64,000 nt of DNA from Ruditapes philippinarum (lineage: Eukaryota), in contig NW_026865113.1 in assembly GCF_026571515.1 (NCBI RefSeq), positions 62,001-126,000 of the forward strand. Direction: 5' to 3'. The translations under genes and the position numbers were made by a program. The notes beneath the pieces are model-generated. The model worked only from the letters and a program-made list of their open reading frames with translations, had not been told where the DNA came from and did not search any database. Positions 51,400 through 64,000 of this stretch are shown here, in pieces; within the stretch, counting starts at the first letter, position 1; the number at the start of each line of letters is the position of its first letter.

Positions 51400-53940
51400 T
51401 CCCATAGTTTTGTCTTCCTTACTGCGTTCAGTATATTATTAGTCGAGCTTCGCTGTCTCCTGTGACAGCTCTTGTAGAATTTTTCATTGTTCTCACTCGT
51501 TATTAATTATTAGACATGAAGAAGTCCACTTTTAGACCTTCATGGCATGGATAGATGAAATCATCCACAAACACATCTCTATATAGTAGCTCTTCCATAT
51601 ACATGTACATTGAGTAAGTAACCAAAATATATTCAATCTATCTTTAGTCTATGTCACCCTTTACCTGGTAAATTATTGAAAATGGTTTTGCTCAGCTGTG
51701 AACTTGGAACAGTTAATTCAAAGTCTGAGAGATTGTTATTAGATATTTAATGTATTTGTACAAATGAGTAACCTGAGTGAGCAAATGGTCACTCGTATGG
51801 ATGTGACCTGGCTCTGTACTCGTGGCCTCTTTCCTGTTAGGTTTGTAAACGTCTATAGTAATGCCTAGCATAAACTCTTACGGTAGATTCATATGTTTTT
51901 CCCATACAAGTTAACATATAATAAGAAACCCTAAGAGTAGCCCAAGGGTTATAATTTATTTAACTTTAGCAGAGGACAATAAGGTTATGCTTTTACAAGT
52001 TTTGGGCATTATAGTTTCTAAGTAAAATATCTTTTGAATACAAGTTACTTCCTTATATTAGAGAAAAAATAAATTAAATAAATAATCCATTTTCACAGAA
52101 GTTCACCAGGCAAATTGCTACAGCCAAATATTTGTTTTGGTTGGGTTTCACATCACGCCAACACAATAAAGGACATATGGAGACTTTCAAGCTTTACTGG
52201 TGCATTATTTCAGGCATAAAATATACAGACACTTCTTCTCTTGATTGTTTTCTATTATTTTTATATTCAATTTATTTGCAAACTAAGTTTATTGTTCTTA
52301 TTTTCTAACAAGATCAGACGTGGGCAGCATGTTCACAAATAATAATTTTATTTCAGGAAACAATTGTCAAATTGTACTAAGTTACAATATGCATGCAATC
52401 AAAATGTTGAAAGTTTGTCAAGATCTGATTATCATATATTTCTTAATAAGTTACGAAGAAAATACATTGACTATAGGTCGCAAAAACTTGATAATATTCG
52501 CCGATAAAAGGCGTTAAACCTGTTTAATAATTCTGTACCATGTAAGAAAAAAATCACATTTTCCGGCGTTACCGCGAAGTACAATTCACGTACATCGGCG
52601 TTACCTCATAATCACATTTTATCAGTTTATTTTCAATTTTCTATATCACAAGAAGTTAGGTTTCTGTCACTTGCCTACCGAAAATCGAAATTGTACGGTA
52701 TAATATGCATTGTTGTATTTATAAGAGCCGACAGAAAGCCAAATCATTTTTACGAATGATCTTGAAAAGTAAACAATTTCGTGAAAATAATCTTGATGAT
52801 GGATAAAGAGTTACGTCTTCGCAGCCGTATGCGGCTTTTGATTTTTTTCAGTTCAGACAAATTAAAAAATATTGACCAGTTTTCTTACCGCATTAGAAAT
52901 CCTGTCAAGTATCCGCCATTTATTGCACAATTCTGCGTTACTTATTGCACGAATCGTGCGTTATTTTCACATTCCGGCGTTACTGGATATACACGGTAAG
53001 GATAGTGTATTGTATTTTAACAGTCTTTAGTAAATCAGATATTTGATTGTATGCAATTTTCTTATCTTGTATTTTACATTGATTGAATTATACATATACA
53101 AATGTATGTTGTAAATTAATTCAAATTATTATTATTTACCGGTTACATTTGATTATCTCATCTGGGCCAGGGGAGGTAACTAGAAATTCATTTTGGGACA
53201 GATGACATTCATTTTTATACATCTTCACAATAATCCCGAGCAATCAAGACTGACAATATAAACAATGTTTAATTAGTTGTAAAAGGCAGAATTGAAAATG
53301 TTGCAAACTAGATTTGATTGAGCGTGTTCAATGATGGTACCTAGTGGTAACTGCAAGCTTCCGTCCATGCCCCCTAGCACCGGCTTAAGCAGAATTCAAC
53401 ATTTAACACCCGTAGATGAACCTATTCCCCTGTCAACGGGAGGAATGCCGCCGATTATTGCAAGAGTTTAGATATTAGAACCCACAATTTTTTAAGCAGT
53501 CTTAACGGGTCTATCCAACATAATAAACACAGTGCCCATACATCCATTATAGAGATGTTAGAATGTTAATCTATACTTACATCTAGTTATCTCGAGAATG
53601 GGGCAAACCTGACTTAAAACCAGTTTAGTGACGATAATAATGTTCAGTTACACTTCCACCTTTATTTTAGCTCTTTTAGCCTATAAAGTGGTCAGTTTTA
53701 AAAGCAGCGGACTTTATCACCACACATAGCTGCTGTACAGCCAATTCTAAATGAATAATATCTGTATTTTTAGTATTCATCTTGTGTTGGACCATGAGCG
53801 TCAGCTTCTGGTGAACCTTTAAATAAGTTGTCATTTGTTATCAAATACATCACACATCACAGTCAACACATTTAATCACCAAGTCCTCATTTTCATGATG
53901 ATATGCATTGCCATCAGGTTCCTTCCCATTTTCTGTACTA

Positions 53941-54040
53941 TAACTAATACATTTATCTGGTCAGTTATAAAACATGGACATCGAGGATACTAACTAATAC
54001 ATTTATCTGGTCAGCTATAAAACATGGACATCGAGGATAC
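53941..54040. repeat. 50-bp tandem duplication
   Basis: TAACTAATACATTTATCTGGTCAG(T/C)TATAAAACATGGACATCGAGGATAC x2. Confidence 0.9.
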
Positions 54041-54114
54041 TTATTACATGTCCTTAAAGATGCATACTTCCAGATAAGCCAAAATATTTCAAGAAAAAAT
54101 TCTACAATATTTTA

Positions 54115-55693
54115 AACAAGAGCTGTCAGTAGGACAGCAACGCTCGACTATTCTTAGTGCTTGATAGTAAAAAAAATGCTTGATACAGTTACCTCCTCCT
54201 GTTTACAGGTTGGGGTCATGATGGTGAACAAGTGTGCAAAGTTTCAAAGCCATATGTCAATGGACTTTGAAAATATTTGAACTATTACAAAAACTTTAAC
54301 GTAAATTCTAAGTCGAAAAAGGGGCTTAATTCTGTCAAAATGCTTGATAGAGTTACCTCCTCCTGTCTACAGGTTGGGGTCATGATGTTGAACAAGTGTG
54401 CAAAGTTTCAAAGCCATATGTCAATGGACTTTGAAAATATTTGAACTATTACAAAAACTTTAACGTAAATTCTAAGTCGAAAAAGGGGCTTAATTCTGTC
54501 AAAATGCTTGATACAGTTACCTCCTCCTGTCTACAGGTTGGGGTCATGATGTTGAACAAGTGTGCAAAGTTTCAAAGCCATATGTCAATGGACTTTGAAA
54601 ATATTTGAACTATTACAAAAACTTTAACGTAAATTCTAAGTCGAAAAAGGGGCATTATCCTGTCAAAATGCTTGATACAGTTACCTCCTCCTGTCTACAG
54701 GTTAGGGTCATGATGGTGAACAAGTGTGCAAAGTTTCAAAGCCATATGTCAATGGACTTTGAAAATATTTGAACTATTACAAAAACTTAAACGTAAATTC
54801 TAAGTCGAAAAAGGGGCATAATTCTGTCAAAATGCTTGATACAGTTACCTCCTCCTGTCTACAGGTTGGGGTCATGATGGTGAACAAGTGTGCAAAGTTT
54901 CAAAGCCATATGTCAATGGACTTTGAAAATATTTGAACTATTACAAAAACTTTAACGTAAATTCTAAGTCGAAAAAGGGGCATAATTCTGTCAAAATGCT
55001 TGATAGGGTTACCTCCTCCTGTTTACAGGTTGGGGTCATGATGGTGAACAAGTGTGCAAAGTTTCAAAGCCATATGTCAATGGACTTTGAAAATATTTGA
55101 ACTATTACAAAAACTTAAACGTAACTTCTAAGTCGCAAAAGGGGCATAATTCTGTCAAAATGCTTGATACAGTTACCTCCTCCTGTCTACAGGTTGGGGT
55201 CATGATGGTGAACAAGTGAGCAAAGTTTCAAAGCCATATGTCAATGGACTTTTTAAATATTTGAGCTATTACAAAACTTTAACGTAAATTCTAAGTCGAA
55301 AAAGGGGCATAATTCTGTCCAAAATGCATTTGATACAGTTACCTCCTCCTGTCTACAGGTTGGGGTCATGATGGTGAACAAGTGTGCAAAGTTTTCAAAG
55401 CCATATGTCAATGGACTTTTGAAAAATATTTGAACTATTACAAAAACTTTAACGTAAATTCTAAGTCGAAAAAGGGGGCATAATTCTGTCAAAAATGCTT
55501 GATACAGTTACCTCCTTCCTGTCTACAGGTTGGGGTCATGATGTGAACAAGTGTTGCAAAGTTTCAAAGCCATATGTCAATGGACTTTGAAAAAATATTT
55601 GAACTATTACAAAAACTTTTAAACATAAGTGGTTACGCCGACGCTCGGGTGACTGCAATAGCTCTACTTATTCTTATCGAATAGTCGAGCTAA
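54115..55693 (-). mobile_element. HINE carrying ~9 near-identical 164-bp satellite-like units (54173-55620)
   Basis: Termini AACAAGAGCTGTC..GACAGC..GCTCGACTA and TAGTCGAGCTAA; the unit word ATGCTTGATA recurs at 54176, 54340, 54504... (164-bp period). Confidence 0.9.
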
Positions 55694-58476
55694 AAAGGTA
55701 AAGGGATTAAAGTACACTAATAACTTACAGGTTATTTGCAACTATTTTGCTTTCGTTTAAGGTCTATTTTTGCACTTTTTTACCTCTTTTTGTAATTTAT
55801 GTGGATCGTTAGCACCATTGGCAATTCTTTGATCACAATATTTTACCTTTAAATCCGTTTTCAAAATTTTTTTTCATGAAATTTAAGCAGGGTCTCGAGT
55901 TTAAAAAATAAAATTTTTTTGCTTTTTTTTTTTAATTTTTGTAAGTTTGTTTCATTTAAGCCTCCCCCCCCCCCCCAAACAGGTATTTTCAGTTCATATA
56001 GGCCCATCTTCCATTCACCAGTACTAGAAACCCTTTCCTTTTTCCCCCCTCCCCCCCCATCTAAAACTACCAAACATCCCCCCCCTCCCGGGTGGTTTTC
56101 GAACCCACGCCCAGAGAGGTAACTTGGATTTAGAATTTCATCGACTCTAACCCCTCGATTTTTTTTTTTATTTTTTTTTCCTCGAAGGGGAAGGTTAGGA
56201 ATGGTGAGTAAAAAGTTCATTAATTTCCCACCCTGACTATTTAATGCCAGTGGGTGGTTGTGGGGGAGTGGGGGATTTACACCCATGGAATAATAGGACA
56301 TTTAGTAAAAAAAACATTTGAATATAATAAAAGATACTAAAGTTTTTATTTTTTTTTTTGATATTGTTATTAATTTCCATTCCAACAGTTTATAAATTTC
56401 ATGATGTTTAAAAGAGATTCTGTTTTGTGTCTATTAATATCAGGTAATAGTATCTTTTAAAATTATTCATTTAACTTATTTTTCTTTATTTAAAAAACTT
56501 AGGAATAGTGTATTTATATAAATGTTAAACAGTATAAAACAATTATATACCAAAATTACTTTGGTGATAAAAACAATAATTGTGTAATACACAAAATGTT
56601 ATATGTGTTTATATCTTTAAAATATTGTCTGACTACTGGTATATTAAGCATTGTTTGTTATTCAAGCAATTTTTAAAAATAAATAAGAAAAGTGTTTGTT
56701 TTATTATTTCAAAAATAGAACAGTAAAAGTTTTTACACACAGGATTCATCAGATTGGTTACTGGCTTGAATTACTATTAAAGTGTGCCTGCCTTGCACTA
56801 CAATGATCCAAACATTTTAACTCTTTACTAGTACTTTCTCAAATATACCAATGCCTATATTGTATTTTTATTCAATTTCGATTTATATTTCATCACAAGC
56901 AATTACTGTTAAAACTCTTATATTCTATATTTTGCAATACTTGTTGATTATTCTTTACCTCCCTAAAAGTTACAAAATACCATGGACGTAATTTCTGTGT
57001 ATAAAACCATATAGATTACATATTCACATTTAAAATTCTTGACTTACAAACTAAAGCTACACACAAACCACACCCATTTTTCATGGTTTATGTCTGCACA
57101 GCTAGACAGGGACCATACAGGACACACACATCAGTCACACATTACACACATGTATTGCACATTCACTCCCTAAGTAAAGCCAATATACACAGAATAATGA
57201 AGATATCAACTCTGAACAAATACAATAAAAATGTTTCACATACATCCTATTGATCCCTTCAACAAGTGGGACAATTATTTAATGGCCTAGCAGTCACTTA
57301 ACTTATTATCTTAATCTAAAAGTAGATCCATACCTAAATATAGCATACTCTCTTAAATCAAAATATACTTCAAGCACTGGGAAACTATATTTCTGTTCAA
57401 ACCACTTAAAGTGATACTTTCAATATTCTGTATACATGAACAAATACAAACAATTCTTTTCCCTGATACAAGTCATTCATACTGTAAAATGTAAAAACGA
57501 CTAACTATAAACAACTTTTATGGTTATCAATATCTTGATTTACAATCCAAAACCAATTGACCTAGTTTCTGGATGACTTATGGTGTCCTTATTTCAACAA
57601 AAACCTAAGAGGTAACATGTTAAATTGACACAACCAAATTTAGAAACATAGCATTATAGTTTAAGATGTTTACACAAGTGTTAAGATTAGAGTTATGACA
57701 TAAAAATCCTTGTAATACAGCAAACTACATATAAATCTATCATTGTTGCACAACAAATTCAGATAAAGAAATGTTTTTTGAGTATTTCAACCAGTCAGTC
57801 ATACCTATGATAAGCAAATGTAACATCAACTGTGCTGGCAACATAAAATGATTACACTCATGAACACAATAAAATTATTATAAAGCAAATAATGACAGAT
57901 CTTAAAAAAAAATAAGATTTCTGAAAATGTGCAATCCAAAAAAGAAGAAAAAGAAATCAACATAAAAATCTAATGGCACCTCATAGATAGTATCATCATA
58001 GTATACTAGGTTGAAAGAAGGTCACTCATTCAAGATGAAATCAGTTATATATCAAACCCTGATCGACTCAATGATAAAAAAGGAATGTACGAGGGATGAA
58101 TACATTTTTGAAAAAGAAAAAAAAACTTATTGCATTTATCAGTGTATTTTTGTGATTCGCACAAGATGCATGCATGAGAACTTTGAGCTTTGAAAACATA
58201 AGCATCACAAATACATGTGTATGACCATTTGTTCAATATTCTATATATAAATCCATTTAGTTATTTCTTTTATTTCTTTAAGTTAAATCTTACTTCTTAC
58301 AATGTCACTATAAATTATATGCAAGTAGACTCATTTGATTTTTTTCCCTTGTTCTAAATTATTAATAATTTTTCTGAAGATCAATTCCAATATGCCAAAC
58401 TACATTGTTGCATAGATCTTAAAACATACATCATCATCATAATGGAAACATACAAAAGTGACAATCATAATCGATG

Positions 58477-61400
58477 TTACAATTTTCTATAGAGGAGTCC
58501 AATAGTTGTAAGTGCCGGTAATAACATGGTTAACATTGGTATATTCACTGATTCAGCTCCGTTACATCCGTCCTGGTTATCACAGTGGCAGTAACGCATC
58601 TTAACTCGGTATGTTCCGGTACGTTCCATGCACTGGCGACCTTCATCTTCTCCTACCTCACCAGACGGTGCACACTGTCTAATGTACCGTACATTCCACT
58701 CATCATTGTAGTACACTATAAAATACACACAAAAAAATGTTTAAAACAAACTCTTTCAATAACTTTGGCAGTTTATCTGCACAAACATTCAATATTTAGA
58801 ACTCTATCAAATCTGCAAATTCATCAATGTATTTCAAAGCGCACCAGTCAAAAAATAAAGGCAGTTGGAGCAGAAGCGTTAAATGAACACTATATCAACT
58901 TATTCTCTGGTCAAGATTGACAGACGGACAGTCTAACTTTTTTTGGTCTTTGATCAATACAAGGCATAATTTTTTCAAAAACTAAAGTGTTCATCTAGTT
59001 TTCAGTAAATTACGCCCTGATAAAACCTAAAACATAAATCATTAATGAATACAGTAATCAGGAAATCTCCATTATAATTTGCATTGCTAATTTATGCATC
59101 ATATAATTAAACCTCACTAATATATGCAAGCTTAATTTTAATTAAAGCTAACGCTACATTTTCATTATATAGCAAGATGGTGTAGATTTTGAGAGCAGTA
59201 ACATTAATACCTTCTTGTACAATCTTTCTACACATAGTTACACCTTCTCCACATTCTTCAAGGTTGTATGTTCGGTTATCAAACCAGTCACCACATGTCT
59301 TCTGGAAGTAAGAATTACAAACGTAGCATTTTCTGGCAACACCTGAAAAACAAGAAAAATTATGTGTAAGTGATGAGTTACGTATTTGTTTAAAATGAAT
59401 ACCATGTTCTAAATGCACCAATTTATAAAAGAAAACAATATGATATATCATCCAGTTTAGGTGGGTTTTTTTCCACATCAAAACTACCTGCATTACAAGA
59501 TAAAATATCATTCTATTATTCCCATTTAATTTAAATGTCAAATTTGGTCATTCAATTTGAAAATAGTCGCAACTTTAATCTTTACTTCACTGAACTGTGT
59601 TCAAACATGTGTATTTATAGACTGACCATATTAGAACAACTTAATCATAAATGATAGTCTGCAAGTGTTTCATCAATTTTATCTTGATTCATATGTTATT
59701 CTCAGTTTTTGAAATAAGAATTAACTAATATAAACTATGCAATTTCGTTGTAAAATGGGAATTTTCCACTACTAGTCTAGCCTTGAAAATCTTGTCAGGC
59801 TAGTGCTTATTTCAACCACTGTTTGACTGTTTGTTACATACCAACATTAGAAATGTCAAAACAATTTTCTATACATAATAAATCCTCTAAAATATCCACT
59901 TAGCAATATGCATAATCAAATGTGTTACATTGAATTATGAATATCATGTACAAATATTTCATATCATACACACAAAAAACAAAACAATTCAAGTACTAGT
60001 ATTTTGTTGTCTTATTTTGTGGCAAATTTATCAATTAACCCTTACCACACCTTTAACACATTAAATGGAGTTGTACATCACACTACTATCTAGACAAACC
60101 ATACATCATTTTAGGTAAAATCTGAAAATATTAGCAACTCAATACCGAACAGTGCAGACAATTATCAGATGGCTCTGATATGCTGGCTGGCTTTATCCTG
60201 CTCTGATATTGAAACAGTGAGTCCATTCAATGATTTGATGTTTAAGGGATTTCAATATCAAAGTATGTACAAAAATTGAGAGCTACCAACAGTAAGGAGT
60301 CTGGACCTTGGTTAGACTGCACAGAGATACAGACTGACCTGGTCTTTACTGGCGACAAAGTTAAATCACTTTTGTTTGTAACAGGCTAACAGTTAAATAT
60401 AATATTAACATTGATAACAGTGTTTATCAACAAATAAACAACACACAATACAAGAATAATGTAAATGATTGCAATAGTATTCATTCCAAGATTGTGCACT
60501 GACTGTGACATACTAGAGTACTTTTTATGAAAATCATCAAAATTAAAATATGGAAGTAAGAATTTCAGTTTAAATTTCCTGTTAAATAAATATTATCTCT
60601 TATGTCATGTTAATAAGACAAATGTAGCAATGTAAGCATACTAAAGAAACTCATTAATTCACAATTCATATGACAGTTTCCTTTCATTTTATGAAATACA
60701 AATGTTAGTGCAGTAGACCACAAAATCCCCCAGGCTATGTCTGTCCTATCACTGTTTCAGTGAATGAAGATATTGTCATAGTAAGGCAATGTCATGACAT
60801 TTTCATGAACATTTATTTTTGTCAGTTGCTTTGTTGCTCTATAAATAATACTTGTCAATAAATTAAGGACAATGTTCAGGTTTTTGCCTTTTTATACTTA
60901 ATGTTTCTTTTCTCCATTGTATTGTAATTCAAGCTTTAAATACTAGATATCAAATTTTAAGGACCTTATTTAACTGCAGTATTTTCAATTATAATGTAAA
61001 CTTTTAAGATTACATTTCAATATTTCAGTACACACACAATTAACAAATATTATAGCAATTCAATTCTCTCTCTCCTCCATTTTCTTGCAACCCCCCATAA
61101 AATAAAGCTCGAAATTTAGATTCTATTACTTCGAAAAATAGTAAAGATATAACTGAATATTTTAATCTTGGCTACAGTAGGTAACAAAGGTGTTTAGAAA
61201 TTATTTGTAGATGACCATTGTTATTCACAAGACTACTGGACCCCTTTGGACATGATAGATATAATTACATAATATTGACAGTTGTTAAAGCCTTTTATGG
61301 TCTATTGCACACTGGATAAAACATGATATTTTTACCCCTCAACAGTAGATAAAGTAGACACTTAAATTTTTAAGTAAAAAATGACAGGAAAATCAGCATT

Positions 61401-62516
61401 TACATCTTATATGTTTTATGTATTTTTTGTTGACGTAAAAACAATTTTTAAAAATCTTTCCTAAGTCAGGGGCCTGTGGTCAATACATTTCTATCCACCT
61501 CATTGTAATTTAGTAAAAAGAACGTTTTGAAGCAGTTTTTGACAACGAAAAGTTTTGGCTATTTGAAAAATATTAAAAAGTTTACCAACTTACAAAAAAA
61601 TCATTACATTCTGTCCTGCTCCTATACTACTAGGTGATCATATGCTTTTTTATTGAAAAACAAAGTTATAAAAATTATGTTTATCAAGTGTCAGGGTTAT
61701 CTATGCGTCCGAGTTATCTCTCCGACCAGTATATAGATTCTATTACTTCGAAAAATCGTAAAGATATAACTATGAATATTTTAATCTTGGCTACAGTAGG
61801 TAACCAAGGTGGTTAGAAATTATTTGTAGATGACCATTGTTATTCACAAGACTACTGGACCCCTTTGGACATGATAGATATAATTACATAATATTGACAG
61901 TTGTTAAAGCCTTTAATGGTCTATTGCACACTGGATGATAGTCTCTTTGTCAAATTTTGACCTCGGATCTATTTGGCCCAAGGCCAATAACATCCTAACC
62001 TGTTCAGGTAAAACGAACACGACGATTCCATTACTGTATTCATATAATATTTAACGGTCGGTCATTAAATCACAAAATCATTTTAAAATTTAAATGAAAC
62101 AGTTAATAATTATGAATTAGATCTAAACTAGATGAACAGGAATGTAACATCGTAGGCACAACTAACAGGATAGTCCAGTTATGTTTGTTGTGTCCGAATT
62201 GGACAACGTTTTTATCAATAGACAACCATCTCGGCATAAAAATACACAAACACAGAATAGAACATGAAATGAAACATTTATCATGTTTACGATATAAAAC
62301 TTTAAACAATTGCAGTCAAACCATTTTTAGTCTGCCGGTTCGCATCGACGATTACATGGCTGCTGCTAATAGTCTTGAAAAACTTCATGATAAGGTTAAT
62401 TAGCGTATATATTTAGAAATAAAATGTTGAAAATGAAAATAAAACATTTTATTACCTTGATCCAACACCATAAAAAGAGCAACAGCTCCGATCAAACATG
62501 CAAAAAGCCACTTCAT
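58477..62516 (-). CDS. Ly6/uPAR three-finger, GPI-anchored protein (crooked/quiver-like), 143 aa
   Basis: Exons 62516-62456, 59342-59211, 58715-58477 give 432 nt in frame. Signal peptide MKWLFACLIGAVALFMVLDQG; KCYVCNS..C..C..MCRKIVQ..IRQC..C..RTGT..YCHC..DGCN; hydrophobic C-terminal GPI signal. Confidence 0.92.
61117..61936. repeat. ~200-bp near-identical direct duplication (61117-61317, 61734-61936)
   Basis: TAGATTCTATTACTTCGAAAAAT...CTATTGCACACTGGAT twice, with a few differences. Confidence 0.9.
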
Positions 62517-62625
62517 TTTCACTGTGTGTAAAAACTCTTTCTGATGGAGGTCACAAACCAATCGTAGAGGACAGTGTAAGCGTCACGCATGCGCAAAATG
62601 GCGAATTGGACAAGCGTGACGTCAA
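62517..62625. promoter_or_regulatory. Compact CpG-rich, probably bidirectional promoter
   Basis: CCAAT (~62559), NRF1-like CGCATGCGC (62586), YY1-like AAAATGGCG (62595) and CRE TGACGTCA (62617), between or overlapping two divergent ATGs. Confidence 0.6.
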
Positions 62626-63422
62626 AGAGGCGCTTAAGGGATGATTTCGAAATGCCGGTAATATTGCGAAATTCTCTATGGCAGTGCATATACTGAGCAC
62701 ATTCTTGAAATATATAGCTAGGGGTCTATAAATTATTTCAACATGTGAAATAAAATGACCTGCTTAAGATCATATACTTGAGCTATTTAGATATTAAAAT
62801 TAGTACAAATGTAATATTTAGGTGAAATTAACTTAAAGCAGCATGCCTCCATGCAGATTCCGATTGCTGATTTTTATGAAAATTTTGAAAATGTAATATT
62901 GAAAAGTAAAATATTGTGAAGTGGACAAAGAAAATAATTTACACATTGCAAATGGCATTTACAGCCCATCTATGCAAAAATGGCGCTCTTACCGCGTAAG
63001 TAACGCAGTAGAAATGTGAAAAAAAATATATTATTGCAATTTTGGTCAAAAATCGCATATAAAATGGAACTTAAATGCTTTTAATTTGAACATGTGTACA
63101 TTTCTTTAAATCTCAGTACATTTTTTTCAAATTTAATTTTCTTAGAATATTTTGGCTGCAGCCTTAATTACAAATACGTATTGGGTCTACTATAGACTAT
63201 ATATATATATATAGTACTGTACTCTGCAAAATTAACCTTAAAATTTAAACATGATTAACATTTTCTCATCTTTCTCCTGTATACAAAGGAGCGAGTGCGA
63301 CTTTATAAACTCTAACGACTAACTAATGTTCTCGATAGATAATTTTTGCTACTTTTAGTTGTTTTTTTTTTCAGCTTTCGCAGATGCCAAGTTTTGAAGA
63401 AGACCTTCAATTGCATTACAAT
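62598..63422 (+). CDS. Probable 5' exons of a divergent gene (MANWTSVTSKRRLRDDFEMP/LSQMPSFEEDLQLHYN...), incomplete
   Basis: Exon 62598-62657 (AAAATGGCG context, GTAATA donor) and exon 63375-63422 (poly-T CAG acceptor, GTTTGT donor) join in phase 0. Product not recognised. Confidence 0.5.
62837..63163. mobile_element. Kolobok-type MITE copy (TTAA flanks)
   Basis: TTAA|AGCAGCATGCC...TGCAGCC|TTAA; body similar to 47241-47567. Confidence 0.7.
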
Positions 63423-64000
63423 GTTTGTTTTCGTTTAAAAGACTAATTCAAAATGTAATTTTTTTAATAATGCATGCCAGATTTAAATCAGCAGGCTCAC
63501 ATTTTTTTAAAAAGAGTCGATCTTTATTCCATACATACAAAAAGTGTCCTTATATAATGTAACCAGATTCATACTTCGGTAATCTAATTTAAAGTATGTT
63601 TTCTTTTTGACATTATATCGGACAGAAAATACATTTTCGAGTTTTTCTATACCATTTGGGATCGTTCTAACCAAAAGCTTATGTGCATTTTTTTTATAGA
63701 TTATTCGGTCACTCTAGTTTCCAAGAATAATCCTTTTTATTGTGCAAATTTATAAGACCTTAAACGGGCTATGACTCGCATATATATAATATCGTTTTTC
63801 ATTTTATTTTCATTATTATCTTCTTCGTTTTTCCCGTTTTCATTTTTCCAGTTTATCCATAATCGATTTTCAGATTTTATGTGTTTTTTTAGGCTATTGC
63901 ATGGCCTCAGCGCCTTAATTACTTGACCTATATGTGTATATAAGTATGACTATTTTAATTAAAAAATTTATTTTGCACGGAAAATTCACAATGTATTATA

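Larger units (their letters stand above)
48984..51475 (+). mobile_element. Helentron-associated non-autonomous element (HINE) with ~145-165-bp internal tandem repeats
   Basis: Subterminal IR AGCTCGACT (48986) / AGTCGAGCT (51441), (CGGCGT)n microsatellite, 3' hairpin GCTGTC..GACAGC, six ACAAGGTTCATAACTCT-containing units 49100-50010. Confidence 0.85.
46323..52679. mobile_element. Putative non-autonomous element bounded by ~160-bp imperfect inverted repeats, containing nested repeats
   Basis: GGTAGGCAAGTGACA...TATGAGGTAACGCCGATGTACGTGAAT..CTTCGCGGTAACGCCGGAAAA at 46323-46490 and its reverse complement at ~52490-52679; GA on both flanks. Confidence 0.55.

Noticed and set aside
53300-53940. GC-richer blocks with short open frames
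   Set aside because: Stops in all extended frames, no recognisable motif and no consistent splice model.
54173-55620. Regular repeat array as a possible CRISPR
   Set aside because: Head-to-tail 164-bp units with no unique spacers, no cas genes, eukaryotic context.
55700-56500. G/K/P-rich ORFs (55861-56301, 55919-56122)
   Set aside because: Homopolymer-inflated, low-quality-looking sequence. The same noise appears at ~23140-23350, 27280-28620, 45040-45300 and 48060-48300; the ORFs there are probably artefacts.
61117-61936. 200-bp intronic duplication as a functional repeat or LTR pair
   Set aside because: No TG..CA ends, PBS or TSD; the intervening sequence looks noisy. May be a haplotype or join artefact.

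Overview
AT-rich, intron-containing eukaryotic DNA. The repeat landscape (Helentron-associated elements with ~160-bp tandem units, tRNA-derived SINEs, Sola/Kolobok-type MITEs) suggests a bivalve mollusc; this is inference. No prokaryotic system or CRISPR array is present. (1) 1-971: 5' part of a LINE ORF1. (2) 2165-13916: complete ISL2EU-type (PIF/Harbinger-related) DNA transposon with two convergent genes, an apparently intact THAP-HTH-DDE transposase (488 aa) and a disabled SWIM + YqaJ exonuclease. Intron 1 of the exonuclease gene holds a 7.7-kb IS3EU-type transposon (2449-10149, perfect 39-bp TIR, 6-bp TSD) with a decayed transposase that has a signal-peptide-like N-terminus, plus tRNA-like cargo. 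(3) 17.5-34.7 kb: two tandem 5-exon SLC16/MCT-like MFS transporter genes and an orphan third exon. (4) 36.9-40.6 kb: a 7-exon minus-strand gene for a ~382-aa protein I cannot identify. (5) 45-56 kb: a nest of non-autonomous elements. (6) 58.5-62.5 kb: a Ly6/uPAR (crooked/quiver-like) gene, head-to-head with a probable second gene. There is one N gap (14235-14381) and several homopolymer-noisy stretches. All gene models were spliced by hand and checked for phase; no database search was run.
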